Assembly: GCA_964016885.1 (NCBI GenBank)
Contig: OZ024746.1
Span: 76,694,001-76,758,000, forward strand
DNA: 64,000 bases
Source: Eledone cirrhosa
Taxonomy: Eukaryota
Reading direction: 5' to 3'
The position numbers and the translations under genes are program-made. Below, piece by piece: positions 1 to 12,649 of the stretch. Each line of letters starts with the position of its first letter. Positions within the stretch are counted from its first letter, which is position 1. The notes under the pieces were generated by a model. It did no database searches, was not told the origin of the DNA, and saw only the letters and a list, made by a program, of their open reading frames with translations.

Positions 1-1339
1 AATACATCAGATCTCTCTTAGACTATGTTAAGATTTGCATCCTCACCATCATCATCATCATCATCCTCATCATCATCATTTAATGTTCGATTTCCCTGGT
101 AGCAAGGGCTAGAGAGCCATGACAGATCAAGTCGATATTTAGTTGGAGCCACTAACCTTTCCAAATGGCCAGGACATGCATCTTACGTACATATGTCCCT
201 TCATTCTACAGTGTAGTGGGTGCATTTTATCATGGCACAACATGAGTCCTCTTGACCCTTTGTTTCACAAGTTCTGTACAGCTGGTGCCCTTCCCCTCAC
301 CAACCATATTGCAGAGTATCCTAGGTGCTGTTTATCATAGCATCAACGCTGGAGAAGATGTTGTGCATTTGACACAACCAAAAACCCCTCTCAATCCTTT
401 TTTGTATGATATCTACATTTTTCTCTATATATTAGTGAGTCCCAGCCTCAAGTCTATGAACATTATACACAAACAGGCACTCATAAACATAGAAACAAAC
501 ACACAAACACACACAAACTCAAACTCAAATACACACACACAAACAAATACACACAATTGCACATATAGATAAACACATAAACTCACGCAAAGACAAAGAC
601 ACTCACACACACAAACAAGCACCCACGCACAAACACACCTACAAACAAGCGCATGCACACACACACACAAACAAGCACACACACACACACACAAACAAGC
701 ACACACACACACACAAACATATGTATTACATATAAACCTCCTACACAACCCAATGAATAAGCTAAAATGAAAAGCTCACTTAAGTATGCCAGTCAATACT
801 TCCACTCAGATCTAACCCACATAGTTCCAACAACAAAATGTCTAATTATACACTCACACTTAGATATGTATAAAGGAACATGCCTTAGTGGTTAGAGTAT
901 TCTGCTCACGATTGTTAATCATGAATTTGATTCTCAGTGCAAATTGTGTCCCTGAGCAACACATTTAATTACACAGGTTTCTCTAGTCCACTCAGCTGCC
1001 AAAAAAGGATTGTGTCTGTAAACTTAAAGGGTCAGCTTTGTCATACGCTGCCATGCCAAATCTCCCTGAGAACTAAGTTCAATGAGCATGTGTTAGTGGA
1101 ATTCTCAGCGACTTTTACCTTAATTTTATGAGCAGGCTGTTCCATAAATAACAGAGGCCCAACACACACACATAGAGATATAAGCTAGCCGAGGAACTCT
1201 CTATGTGGTCACTTGATCTGCTAGAAATAGTAATTAACTTTCTTCCAAATCACACACACTTGCACTAGGGTCAGCACCCAGGTATTTAGCACCCTAGGCT
1301 AGCTCTACAATGTGTGCTTCATTCTTCTTTCTTCTTTGT

Positions 1340-2430
1340 CCACTTATTCCTGAGAGGGCCGTGGGGGCAGAGTCCTCACTCACACTTTCCAGTGGGTCCT
1401 GTCAGAAGCAACCATCTCCAACTGATCCGGCTGGATCCCAAAGTGAGACCAGCCAAGCTCATGGATGTTATCCAACCATTTTGCTTGTAAAATCTGTTCA
1501 GTGATTCTTTCTTGTGACATTCTAATCACATGCCCATAGTATCAGAGCTGTGATCTCCCAATTCAGAGAAGTAGTGGCTCTACCTGGAGTGACTCTCTGA
1601 TCTCCTAGCTATGCACTCTATCAAGGAACATTCTCCAAAGGCCCTTCGGAGGAACCTCATTTCAGCTGCTTATATTCACAATTATTTTCTTTCAGTCATT
1701 ACCCAAGATTCATGACCATAGCTAAGGGTTGGCACGAATACCAAATTGATTATAGTGAGTTTGGCTTCTACGCCTACCTCCCTTCTTCTCATTACTGAAT
1801 GCTGAAGCTGGCGTATTACTGCACCAGCTCCTGCAATTCTTGCATTTAATTCGGCCTCCTGACTTCCGTCACTTGTGAACACAGCCCCGAGATACTTGAA
1901 CTTCTCCACCTGCTTCAGTGGAACTCCATTCACATGTAGAGTGCACTGTGCAGGCTTCTTTGAGAAGATGAGTGTCTCAGTTTTTGCAGTACTGATTTTC
2001 ATTCCATCGATGCAGCACTCAGCATCAAACCTATTAAGTGCAAGTCAGAGATCATCTTCAGTTGAGTTAAGTAATGCTATGTGGTCTGCAAATTCCATCT
2101 GACTGATTTTACACCTGCCAGTTGTTCATGTAAATAATAAACAGGAGAAGTGACAGTACACACTCTTGGCAGAGTCTGACTCCCACGTTGAATGGTTTCG
2201 ATTTAGCACCATTTATCTGAACACAAATACTTGGCCATTTGTATAGAGACATCAGAGCAGCAAGAAGCTGACCATCGATCCCAATCTCCTGTACAACCTT
2301 TCACAGCAGGTCCTGATGAACATGGTCATATGCCTTTTCAAGGTCGACAAAACAAGAATATATCTCTTGGCAATACTCCCAACATTTTGTCAAATACCTG
2401 CCGCAGTATGAATATTTGGTCGGCTGTGCT
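1340..2430 (-). mobile_element. Decayed RTE-clade LINE, RT C-terminal half and 3' end
   Basis: ORF 1682-2002 (KISTAKTE...QVEKFKYLG...PTLSYGHESWVMTER) plus an upstream 'FVDLEKAYD'-like segment; frameshifts and stops. Confidence 0.85.
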
Positions 2431-3369
2431 GCTGCATTCTCACAAATAAAATAATTACAACTGACAGCTTAGCAAGTTGAAAAATCTATATTTTGACACT
2501 TATTATTCTGACCACACTATGAAAATTACTAATCCTGCATTTTCCACTACAAGTCAACACACATCCATGCCAAATTATGCGACTAGCCATAACACCATTC
2601 GACCTTCTCCACCGCTTTGGATATTTCCACAATGCTGCTACATGGAAAAGATGTTTAGATATATTCTTGTTTTGTCGACCTTGAAAAGGCATATGACCAT
2701 GTTCATCAGGACCTGCTGTGAAAGGTTGTACAGGAGATTGGGATCGATGGTCAGCTTCTTGCTGCTCGGATGTCTCTATACAAATGGCCAAATATTTGTG
2801 TTCAGCTAAATGGTGCTAAATCGAAACCATTCAACATGGGAGTCAGACTCTGCCAAGAGTGTGTATATGGAAAAGATGTCTCTGAGGTGTGCACCCTAGT
2901 CAGCTACCTGGTTCACTTTAATGGTAGTGCCAGCCCTGCATGTGAGCCAACCAATGAAGGAAATCTCTATGTTGTTACTCTATTTGTTAGAAATAGGAAC
3001 CACATTTCTATCAAATCACACACTCTATCATGTAACATACAAATAATTCCGGAACAAATTCCTCCAATAAATTTCAGATAAACCACATACATACATCTGG
3101 ATATGTTTCTACCAACAACAACTCTTCACTCAAATGGGATATAATATCCAAAGTATCACTGAAATATGAAACGTGATTTAAAAGACTTCACCAGATGGTG
3201 CTATTATGTTAGACATGACCTAGGCTAATACTGGCCAAAATCTATCAAAGTTATCTTAAAAAATAAGACACATTAGATACTCTGTCTACAACCGAAAGTG
3301 GGATAGTCAGGGCTAGTAGAACTTTTTGTTTCAAAGGTTTAGTCTGGAAGAATGTGTTGTGCCTACAGT

Positions 3370-4100
3370 CATCATAAGCTCTCTGAAACTAGTAATTCAA
3401 CACTGTTGATGATCCTTTTGAACAACATAGGCTGGGAAGAGACAGAACTCCAGATAGCTGTTGATGTGGTAAGGAATTACCAGAAGTGCCCGGTGCATTG
3501 AATCACCCATTAGGATATATGACTCAGCCTTAATTACATTTAATGCTGCAGTGACTTCATCAAGGAATGATCTGTATTCAGATTCTCTGTTTGGTGTTTA
3601 AACTTGCACCAACCACAGAGACCTATCTTCCAGCCCAAGCTTCAAGAGACAAATCCTCCTTCCCAATGAGATCTAGTCAATAACACATTCTGACAACTGG
3701 GAACTTGTGAGTATTTCCACTCTCACCTGTGCAGTCATTTCTGCCCCCATACCTGGAAAGTAAAGTTTCCATCCTCCATCCAAATCTATAGTACCAAAGC
3801 CACAGAACTTTGTAGCGGAAACCCTAACTATAATTAGTCAGTAGCATCTAGACTCTTCCACTAGTTCCTGCTACTTATCTGTAAGGGTTGTAATGTTCTG
3901 GTTGCCAATTGTTAAGATTTGCTCCCTTCTGGGGTCTCAGGATATGCAACCGTTGTGTATCCATCCCACACCTCCAAGGATAGGTTGCAGGCCCAGCACC
4001 AGTTCTCACAGCATTAGATGGGGAGTGTAATATATTTTTGAAATAGATCTCTCTACCTAAGCTCTGAAAGTTACCCTGTGTGAAGGACAATGTGGTATGT
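3370..4100 (-). mobile_element. Decayed RTE-clade LINE AP-endonuclease region
   Basis: Reverse frames give NLTIGNQNITTLT..QELVEE, DGGWKLY and ILMGD. Homologous pieces at 5148-5248 and 11215-11405. Confidence 0.7.
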
Positions 4101-4433
4101 ATATTTTTATTGAATCTGACCATATTGCAGTTTTTGGGAGTCATAAACCCATCACCAATTTCGTAATTTTTTCAGACCCGCGAAGACTAGGCTACATTGC
4201 TGGGTAGTAAGTGTTTTCTTGAGAGCTAACAGTGTTACCTATTGCTTCATCTCCCCTACTAACTTATTGCTGTTGGTCTGGGGCAGCTTATTCATTGCTT
4301 ATTTGTTCAGTAGGAGCCTGCTTATATTAACCATCATATCTGGTGGCCATATTACAATCTGCTACCTGCAACCCATTCTCTAGTAGAACATCTCTATCAG
4401 GATGATGATGATGATGATGATATACAGACACAG

Positions 4434-4498
<65 letters not shown>

Positions 4499-5303
4499 GT
4501 TATTACTTGTTTAATTAATTGGTAGTTATGATTAAATAAATAATGGTGTAAGCAGAATAAAGTACTTCACGTTGTATGCATATTTCTGATTGTGATGTGG
4601 GATCACTTGGGTAGCACACAATGGAGTGTGTATCATAATAAATATGAAGACAAATTTTCCATAATTTATTATGCAATTATGACCTATTATCAATGTTGTT
4701 ATTTCAAGGTTCTGTCTCCACATCATTAGCTGTTTTACCTAAAAAAATTGCTGTCTGAAGATGTATGATAATTGTATAATAATCTCATTGCTTAATAACA
4801 GCTAGCACCACAGAAATGTGTATAACAGCAAATTACCTAACCAATTGAATTATATAAAACTTGTCTTCATATTTATTATGTGTGTGTGTGTGTGTGTATG
4901 TGTGTGTGTGTGTGTGTGTGTGTACGTGCGTGCACGCGTGTGTGTGTTTGTGTGTGTGATGAGCTTCCTCACAGTTCAGAAAGCTATGGTCATCCTGATG
5001 CTTTTGTAGAAACCACTTGCCTGAGGTGTTATACAGAGGGATCAAACTTGAAATGATATGGCTATAAAGCAAACTTCTTAACCACACAGCATTACCTGTA
5101 CTTATACTAAGAACACTTGCTAGGAAAAAAAAGAACCTAACATTGGCCAACTGGGAACTTGTGAGTATTTCCACTCCCACCTGTGCAGTCATTTCTGGCA
5201 CCATACTTGAATAGTAAAGTTTCCATCTTCAACCCAAATCTACAGAGTTAAAGTTTGTATTAGGTAACAAACCACTTCTAATGTTTTGAGTTACATACCT
5301 TAC

Positions 5304-5456
5304 CTCATCTATTAGTTGTATAGCTTCCACCAAAGTCTTGTATCCAGTCATAAAGTTTAAACTGTTTTTGTTTTGGTTTCCATATTGGTTTTTAGAGACT
5401 TCATCAGCAGGCAATTTTAAATTTGAATGTGAGTGGGAAGGTTCCGCCTCTCCCAT
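5304..5456 (-). CDS. Candidate start-codon exon of an unidentified minus-strand gene
   Basis: Start context AAAA-ATG-G; 51 codons MGEAEPSH...GYKTLVEAIQLIDE end at donor GAG|GTAAGG (phase 0). An upstream polypyrimidine tract plus AG (5638-5675) would make the exon 5304-5637. Not repeat-like. Confidence 0.45.
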
Positions 5457-6689
5457 TTTTCCTTGGCACAGAGGCTAACTTGTTGGCTTAGTATATATTA
5501 AGACAAGTTAGAGTAACATATACAGATTTACAAACAAAAGAACAAACTGTTCATTCCCACTTCTCTTGACTCTAGTGCCTATTCATGTAAAATTCAATGG
5601 AAATTTACAGTTCCTTCAGTTATGAAATATCTTATATCTTTGTAAGAGGGGAAGAAAAAAATAAGAAAGAAGCAGGTGAATTCATTGAAAACATTCTTTT
5701 ATTTTCGAAACAATTTTTAATTCAGGCTCTATAAAAAGAAGCCATGGTATAGTAAGCAAGTGTGTTATGTGTGTCAGTAGGCAGGCAGTCAGTCTACCAT
5801 CACCAATAAATGACAGAGCTCTATTCTGTTACATGACCTGCTTAAATAGCAGTCAAATCTTTCTCAAATTACACCCTATTGTCTTAGAAAAAGAACACAG
5901 TGTTGTCCAAAATAGAGTTTCCATCCATCAATCCATGGGCCCTTAACTCTTGATGGAGTCTTAGGGGAGCTATCACATCATAAAAATCTGGTAGAGCTCA
6001 TTTCTATTCTAAACTCAGCAAATTTCTTCCAGAGAAAGAGAGAGAGAGGAAGAATTGACCCCAGTATTGGACTGGTACTTTATTTATCAAGCTCAAAAGG
6101 ATGAAAGGCAAAGTTGACCTCAGCAGGATTTGAACTCATAGCACAGCAGCAAGCCAGAACAAATACTACGAAGCATTCTATCCAATGTATTAACTCCCTG
6201 CTATCAGATAACAGTGTAACTTAAAAAAATTATATAAAATAAAATAAATAATAGTAATAATAATAATAATAATAGCCTGTCCAGCTGATAACAAGGTGTG
6301 AGATAAAGAAGAAGAAAAAAAATGATAGATATGACAGGTTAGCTTGTGAGATTAAACAGTTGTGGTCACTGAAAAAGGTGGTGGTAATACCAATGATAGT
6401 TGGGGTGTTGTGAGTAAAGATCTTGAGAAAACCCATGCTAGCATGGAAAGTGGATGTTAAACGAAAGTGATGATGATGATGATGAGAAGTACATTAAACA
6501 AATAGGGATTGTTATATGATTGGAACATTTACAAAAAATAGCATTGCTTAGAACATCTCAAATACTCCGGAGGGTACTCGAAAAATATGGGGTATTACCT
6601 CAGTTCACTGGTATTGAACAGCTAACACTGTAATACATCTCCAGTGTTAGAAGCTGAGTGAAGAAATAACAACAATAATAACAACAATA

Positions 6690-6915
6690 ATAATGGTTTC
6701 TTATATAGGCACAAGGCCAGCAATTTTCGGAGAGGGGGGGGGGTCGATTAAATTGACCCCAGTGCACGACTGGTACTTTATTTTATCAACCCCCGTAAGG
6801 ATGAAAGGCAAAGTTAACCTCGGTGGGATTTGAACTCAGATCATAAGGGCCGTAACTCTATGCTGCAAAGCATGGCGTCCGACTCTCAACCGATACTGCC
6901 AATCCACCGTCCTAA
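6690..6915 (-). mobile_element. SINE family 1 copy
   Basis: Core CTGGTACTTTATTTTATC.ACCCCGTAAGGATGAAAGGCAAAGTTAACCTCGG...TTTGAACTCAGA (B-box GTTCAAAT on the minus strand) with (ATT)n tail. Other copies near 6050, 7575, 17075, 42445 and 55920. Confidence 0.8.
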
Positions 6916-7124
6916 CAACAACAATAATAATAATAATTAAAATAATAACAATGATAATGATAATGATAATAATAATGATTTCTTTATTGGCCACAAGGGC
7001 TGACATTACAGTACAAGAAAAACATTACAGACAGCACAGGACGGTACAGGACGGTACGATGTGGGTTTTGTGCGTGTAAATATTTTTATTATTTATATAA
7101 GAAAAGAAAAAAAAGGACATAGAA

Positions 7125-7500
7125 ACATCATCATCATCATCATCATCATCATCATTTTACGTCCGCTTTTCCCTGCTTGCAAGGGTAGGACGGGTCTTAT
7201 TCAGCACAGCATCTCTCCACTCGTCACGGTCCCTCGTCATCTCCACCGTGAGCTTCAATGATCTGAGGTCTGTTCTCACTACCTCCGCCCATGTTTTTCG
7301 TGGTCTACCTCTACCACGTCTTCCTTCAACTGGCAATTCCTGGCACTTCTTCACCCATCGGTCATCCTCCATGCGCATCACATGTCCATACCACCTCAGT
7401 CTCCTCTCCCGTACACTACATTCTATCCCTCTCAGACACAGTTTCTCTCTCAACACATTTATGCTGGGTCGTTCATGCACATTTACACTGCACATCCAAC
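7125..7500 (-). mobile_element. RTE-clade LINE 3' fragment with (GAT)n tail
   Basis: ORF 7157-7615 contains [13 protein letters not shown]...GRGRPRKTW; (CAT)n tail at about 7127-7155. Confidence 0.9.
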
Positions 7501-8364
7501 ATATATATATATATAAACAATAAAAATGAAAATTGAAACAATGAAAAATTCCCCAATAGGGGATAATAATAATGCTTCTACTTTTAGCACAAGGCCAGCA
7601 ATTACCCCAGTACATTACTAGTGCCTTATTTTATCGACCCCCGTAAGGATGAAAGGCAAAGTTAACCTCGGCGAGATTTGAACTCAGAACATAAAAGGCC
7701 ATAACTCTATGCTGCAAAGCAATGTGCCTGACGCTCTACCCATACTGCCAAACCACCAATAATAATAGTTTCTTTATTAACCACAGAGTTTACATGAAGA
7801 AAACATTAAAGATGGCACAAGACGAAACATTGCATGTGTGGGTTTTGCAAGTAAACAGGTTTAACGAAAAAAAAAAGGGTCGTAACAATAAAATTATAAC
7901 AATGAGTATTCCTTGATTGGGAGGAGACTTCTGAGGGCTACTCGTGGAAAAAAAAACCCCTATAAAATCACTGTTGCCCTGACCACTAGGCTAAGTGTCT
8001 TCTCTCAATTCTTTAACTCTGATTTTCAGTCATTAGTGGCAAATTATACCTTGATGGGGTAAGTTTGCAAAGAGAGCAACTTGTTACAATATTCTAGTTT
8101 TCAATTACAAACATATCCTAAGAAACTCATAAATGTCTAACAGACTCATAGTAACACCACCACCACCACCACGAACAACAACAACACCACCACCACCAAC
8201 AACAACAACAACACCATAACCATCACCATCACCACCACCACCACCACCACCACCACCATTTAACAGGAACAGTCACTCCTAGAATAGAAAGTGATTAGAA
8301 ACCATCCAGATGATGTCAATGAAGAGTGTGTAAAACATACATTGAGTGTGTGTGTGTGTGTGTG

Positions 8365-8957
<593 letters not shown>

Positions 8958-8991
8958 TAACGTATATATAATATATATATATATATAATAT

Positions 8992-9263
8992 ATATATTGG
9001 TAAAAGGAAAAGAAGATGCTGACAAATTGTTCCCTCTTAAAATGATGCAGCTTGATAGGCAGTCTGTTTCAACTGCACGGTACAGGTACCAGTGTGGCCT
9101 ACCTGGTAAGATGTTTGACTTGTTACTAAATCTAAGCTGGGACAGCAGTAATCCGCATCATACAAATGCCAAAGTCGGCCAGATAAAACAGACTGCCTAT
9201 CAAGCCGCATCATTTTAAGAGGGAACAATTTGTCAGCATTTTCTTTTCCTTTTACCAATATAT
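8992..9263. repeat. Fold-back element B: about 75-bp inverted arms between (TA)n tracts
   Basis: 8992-9069 and 9186-9263 are near-perfect reverse complements, which explains the mirror ORFs 8997+ and 9037-. Confidence 0.85.
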
Positions 9264-9293
9264 CATAACTCGTGTGTTACACCTCTATTCTTT

Positions 9294-9359
<66 letters not shown>

Positions 9360-9431
9360 GAGGTTATATTTAATTTGTTGCAAAATATTTTTTATAACTG
9401 ATATAAAGCACTCAACAAATTATTGGAGTAA

Positions 9432-9738
9432 ATATACAATATATTAACAAATGGAAACTATATTTATAAAACCATATTTATTTCATTATACATATTTCAA
9501 GGGCCACCAAGGCAGATTATGGTGCGCTTTCATCCGATAAAATATAATATAGATTAGTTTAGGAGACTCCAACCGTGAAGGTTGCATTTTTCAGGGTATG
9601 TCAATATTTATTTATAAAACTAATCTATATTATATTTTATCTGATGAAAGCGCACCATAATCTGCCTTGGTGGCCCTTGAAATATGTATAATGAAATAAA
9701 TATGGTTTTATAAATATAGTTTCCATTTGTTAATATAT

Positions 9739-9745
<7 letters not shown>
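9432..9745. mobile_element. Fold-back element C: 129-bp inverted arms, HHR-bearing
   Basis: 9432-9560 and 9617-9745 are reverse complements with 1 mismatch; 56-bp spacer; (TA)n nearby on both sides. Confidence 0.85.
9633..9698 (+). ncRNA. Type I hammerhead ribozyme motif with minimal stem III
   Basis: Stem I TATTTTAT/ATGAAATA; CTGATGA 9641-9647; stem II AAGCGCACCA...TGGTGGCCCTT; GAAA 9679-9682; loop TATGTA; predicted cleavage after A9690. Confidence 0.72.
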
Positions 9746-9775
<30 letters not shown>

Positions 9776-9894
9776 ATATTGGATTTTAGTCTTCAAATTT
9801 ATTATTATTACTATACATATATAAATATATTGACGTTAAACGATATATGCAAAAGTGAGTCAAAAAGATAAATGCAGCTTACATATAATACACA

Positions 9895-9922
9895 ACTATT
9901 ACAACTGCTGCTGCTGCTGTTG

Positions 9923-9981
<59 letters not shown>

Positions 9982-10059
9982 TCTACTACAACCATCACTG
10001 TCACTGCCACCACCACAGCCACATCACACCACATCACAACCATTACCAACACTACCACC

Positions 10060-10091
<32 letters not shown>

Positions 10092-10400
10092 CAACAACAA
10101 CACAACTGTCACCGTCACTACCACCACTGCAACTACCACCACCACTACCACCACCACCACCACCACCAACACCACTGGCACCACAGCCACCACCATCACT
10201 ACCACCAGCACCAAAACCCCGCCACAGCCATTGCAGCCACTACCACCATCACCAACATCATCATCAACAGCACTACCACCACCACTACCACCAACACCAC
10301 AAGCACCACAACCACTGCCGCCACCGACACTTTCACCACCAACCACCACCAACATCATCATCAACTCCATTACCACCACCACCACCACCAGCAGCAGCCC
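9895..10400. repeat. Compound trinucleotide microsatellite (CTG/CTA/CAC/CAA), followed by (CT)n(TA)n
   Basis: Directly visible; source of the low-complexity ORFs at 9855-10719. Confidence 0.95.
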
Positions 10401-10418
10401 AATCTCTCTCTCTCTCTC

Positions 10419-10504
<86 letters not shown>

Positions 10505-11205
10505 AAACTGGAACGGGAACGAAAACAGAGAGGCAGTACAAACAAAGGTTTATTAGTTTCACGCTCTTGAGAGTTGGAGATATATATATATTTACTTTCT
10601 TAATTATATTTCCATGTAGCAGTAGTTTAGTTAAGTGTAACAGGAACAGTAACTCCTGGAATAGAAAATGGTTGGTTATAGACATGACAGGCTGGATGAT
10701 GTCAATGAGGAAGGTGTAAAATGTGTAAAATATACATTGTGTGTATGTGTAAGTGTGTGTATGCATATGTGTGTGTGTATGTTTATGTTTATATTGTGAG
10801 TGAGCATATGTATACACACACATACACACACACATACACACATACACACATATATACGGCTTCTACAGCACTAGAACTGTAGAATGAAACCGTTCTAGTC
10901 CTGTAGAAGCAATTTTTATATTCTATATTAAATATTTATACTCTGCGATGTATTGAGTACCTTTCTTACTGTGGTTAACCTCGATAGAAACCCAGGATAA
11001 ACATATATATACATATATACTTGAATACATACATGTATACATGCATACATATATATATATATATGTGTGTGTGAGTGTGTGTGTGTGTGAAAGTGTGTGT
11101 ATGCATGCAAAAAATAAACAGAAATAACAAAGCAAACGACACAGTACAATAAAAAAAAATATATTAGTTTAACACTTGATATAGTAGGAAAAGAGTTTTT
11201 ACATT

Positions 11206-11927
11206 TCAGACATTAGTCCTCCTCATTTCTGGCACCACACCTGAATAGTGGAGTTTCCATTCTCCGTCCAAATCTGCAGTATTAGAGCCACAGAACTTTG
11301 TTGAGAAAACCCTGACTATATGTAATTGGTAGCATTTAGCCTCCTCTATTAGTTCCTGCTCCTTACCTGTAAGGGTTGTGATGTTCCAAGCTCCAATTGT
11401 CAAGTTGACGATGCTGCTGCTGCTATGCCAGTCATTGGGTATGGCACCATTTTGTATAACTTGGTATACAATTTGGGTGGCTTTGGTCTGACCTACCATC
11501 CCAGATGCTTTCAGTATCTCAGCAACTATACCTGATGTCCCTGCTGCTTTGCCTGTTTTTATCTCCTTAATTGCCTTACTACACTGCTGCTGACTTGCAC
11601 CACTGGTCCCTCTTTAGGGTCTACGTGGGGCAGGTTTTCTTCCTCCCACACATGCTCCTCATTCATCAGTCTCTTGTAATGACACTTCGATGCTGCCTTC
11701 TTTTTAGTTTCAGTGGGGAAAAGTGCACCATTGTCATCCCAGACACATTTCTCCCCCACAACATCACCATTTTCTCTGACACACTGCCTCACAAACCTGA
11801 ACACCTTATATTGCATGACATGCATAAACTTCTTACTTTCCACTTCTCTCCTTGCAAAGTATACTTTTTACTTTGCCTCTCTCTTGGCTACTTAGTAAGG
11901 TTCTCTGCTACCCCTATTTTGCCATTC

Positions 11928-11993
<66 letters not shown>

Positions 11994-12500
11994 AATCCTT
12001 CAATAAACTCATTGCCTATTCTCACTTCACTGACAGCTCCTCTGTACATGGCTTACACTGTTCTCACAAGTCACTCATTTTCATTAAGTTTGCTTAAAGG
12101 CCACCAGTTAATAGATCACTTTGTCAAAGGCCTTCTCCAGATCAACTTCTTTCAACTGAGAACTCCTGACGTTTTTTCACTCGACAATCACATGTTTATA
12201 CCAGCACAGTCATCTCTCCTGCACACTACATTTGATTCCTCTTATGCTCAATTTTTCTCTCAGATCATCTATGATTTGCTACTCATTTGCATTAACACCA
12301 TACATCCATCAAACCATTCGTGCTTCATTTCTCTCTAGCCTTTGCATATATTCTACATCTACAGCCTATGTTTCACTTCCATGTTACATCACATTTTGCA
12401 TAAAGACAGGAGACCTTCCATTCATATGGAGAAACCCTTTGTTGTTAACAGAGGCAGTGACTCCCAAAACTTTTTCCATCCTGTTCTTATTCTAGCTACT
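11206..12500 (-). mobile_element. Mosaic of decayed RTE-clade LINE fragments interrupted by (TA)n
   Basis: GAWNITTLTGKEQEL (endonuclease), RENGDVVGEKCV..DNG and IPNDW..S segments. 12310-12500 resembles the RT C-terminus at 62160-62360. Confidence 0.75.
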
Positions 12501-12649
12501 GTGCCAAAAGAGAGAAGAACCATGAATAGTACATGGGCTTGGTTGCACCCTATGTTTACTTGGACTCAAGCCACAGCTAAAGAGAGGGAGAGAGAGAGTG
12601 CAAACAATAGTCAGAGAGAGAAAGACAGAGTGACATATATCTAGTACAG

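Noticed and set aside
8997-9258. Two near-identical 73-aa ORFs on opposite strands
   Set aside because: Consequence of the inverted repeat; non-ATG starts and no protein features.
10501-10581. Minus-strand ...GAGCGTGAAACTAATAAA between TA tracts as another HHR
   Set aside because: Only a GAAAC half is visible, with no CUGANGA; too incomplete to call.
9855-10719. His/Gln/Thr/Pro-rich ORFs
   Set aside because: Compound trinucleotide microsatellite open in several frames on both strands.
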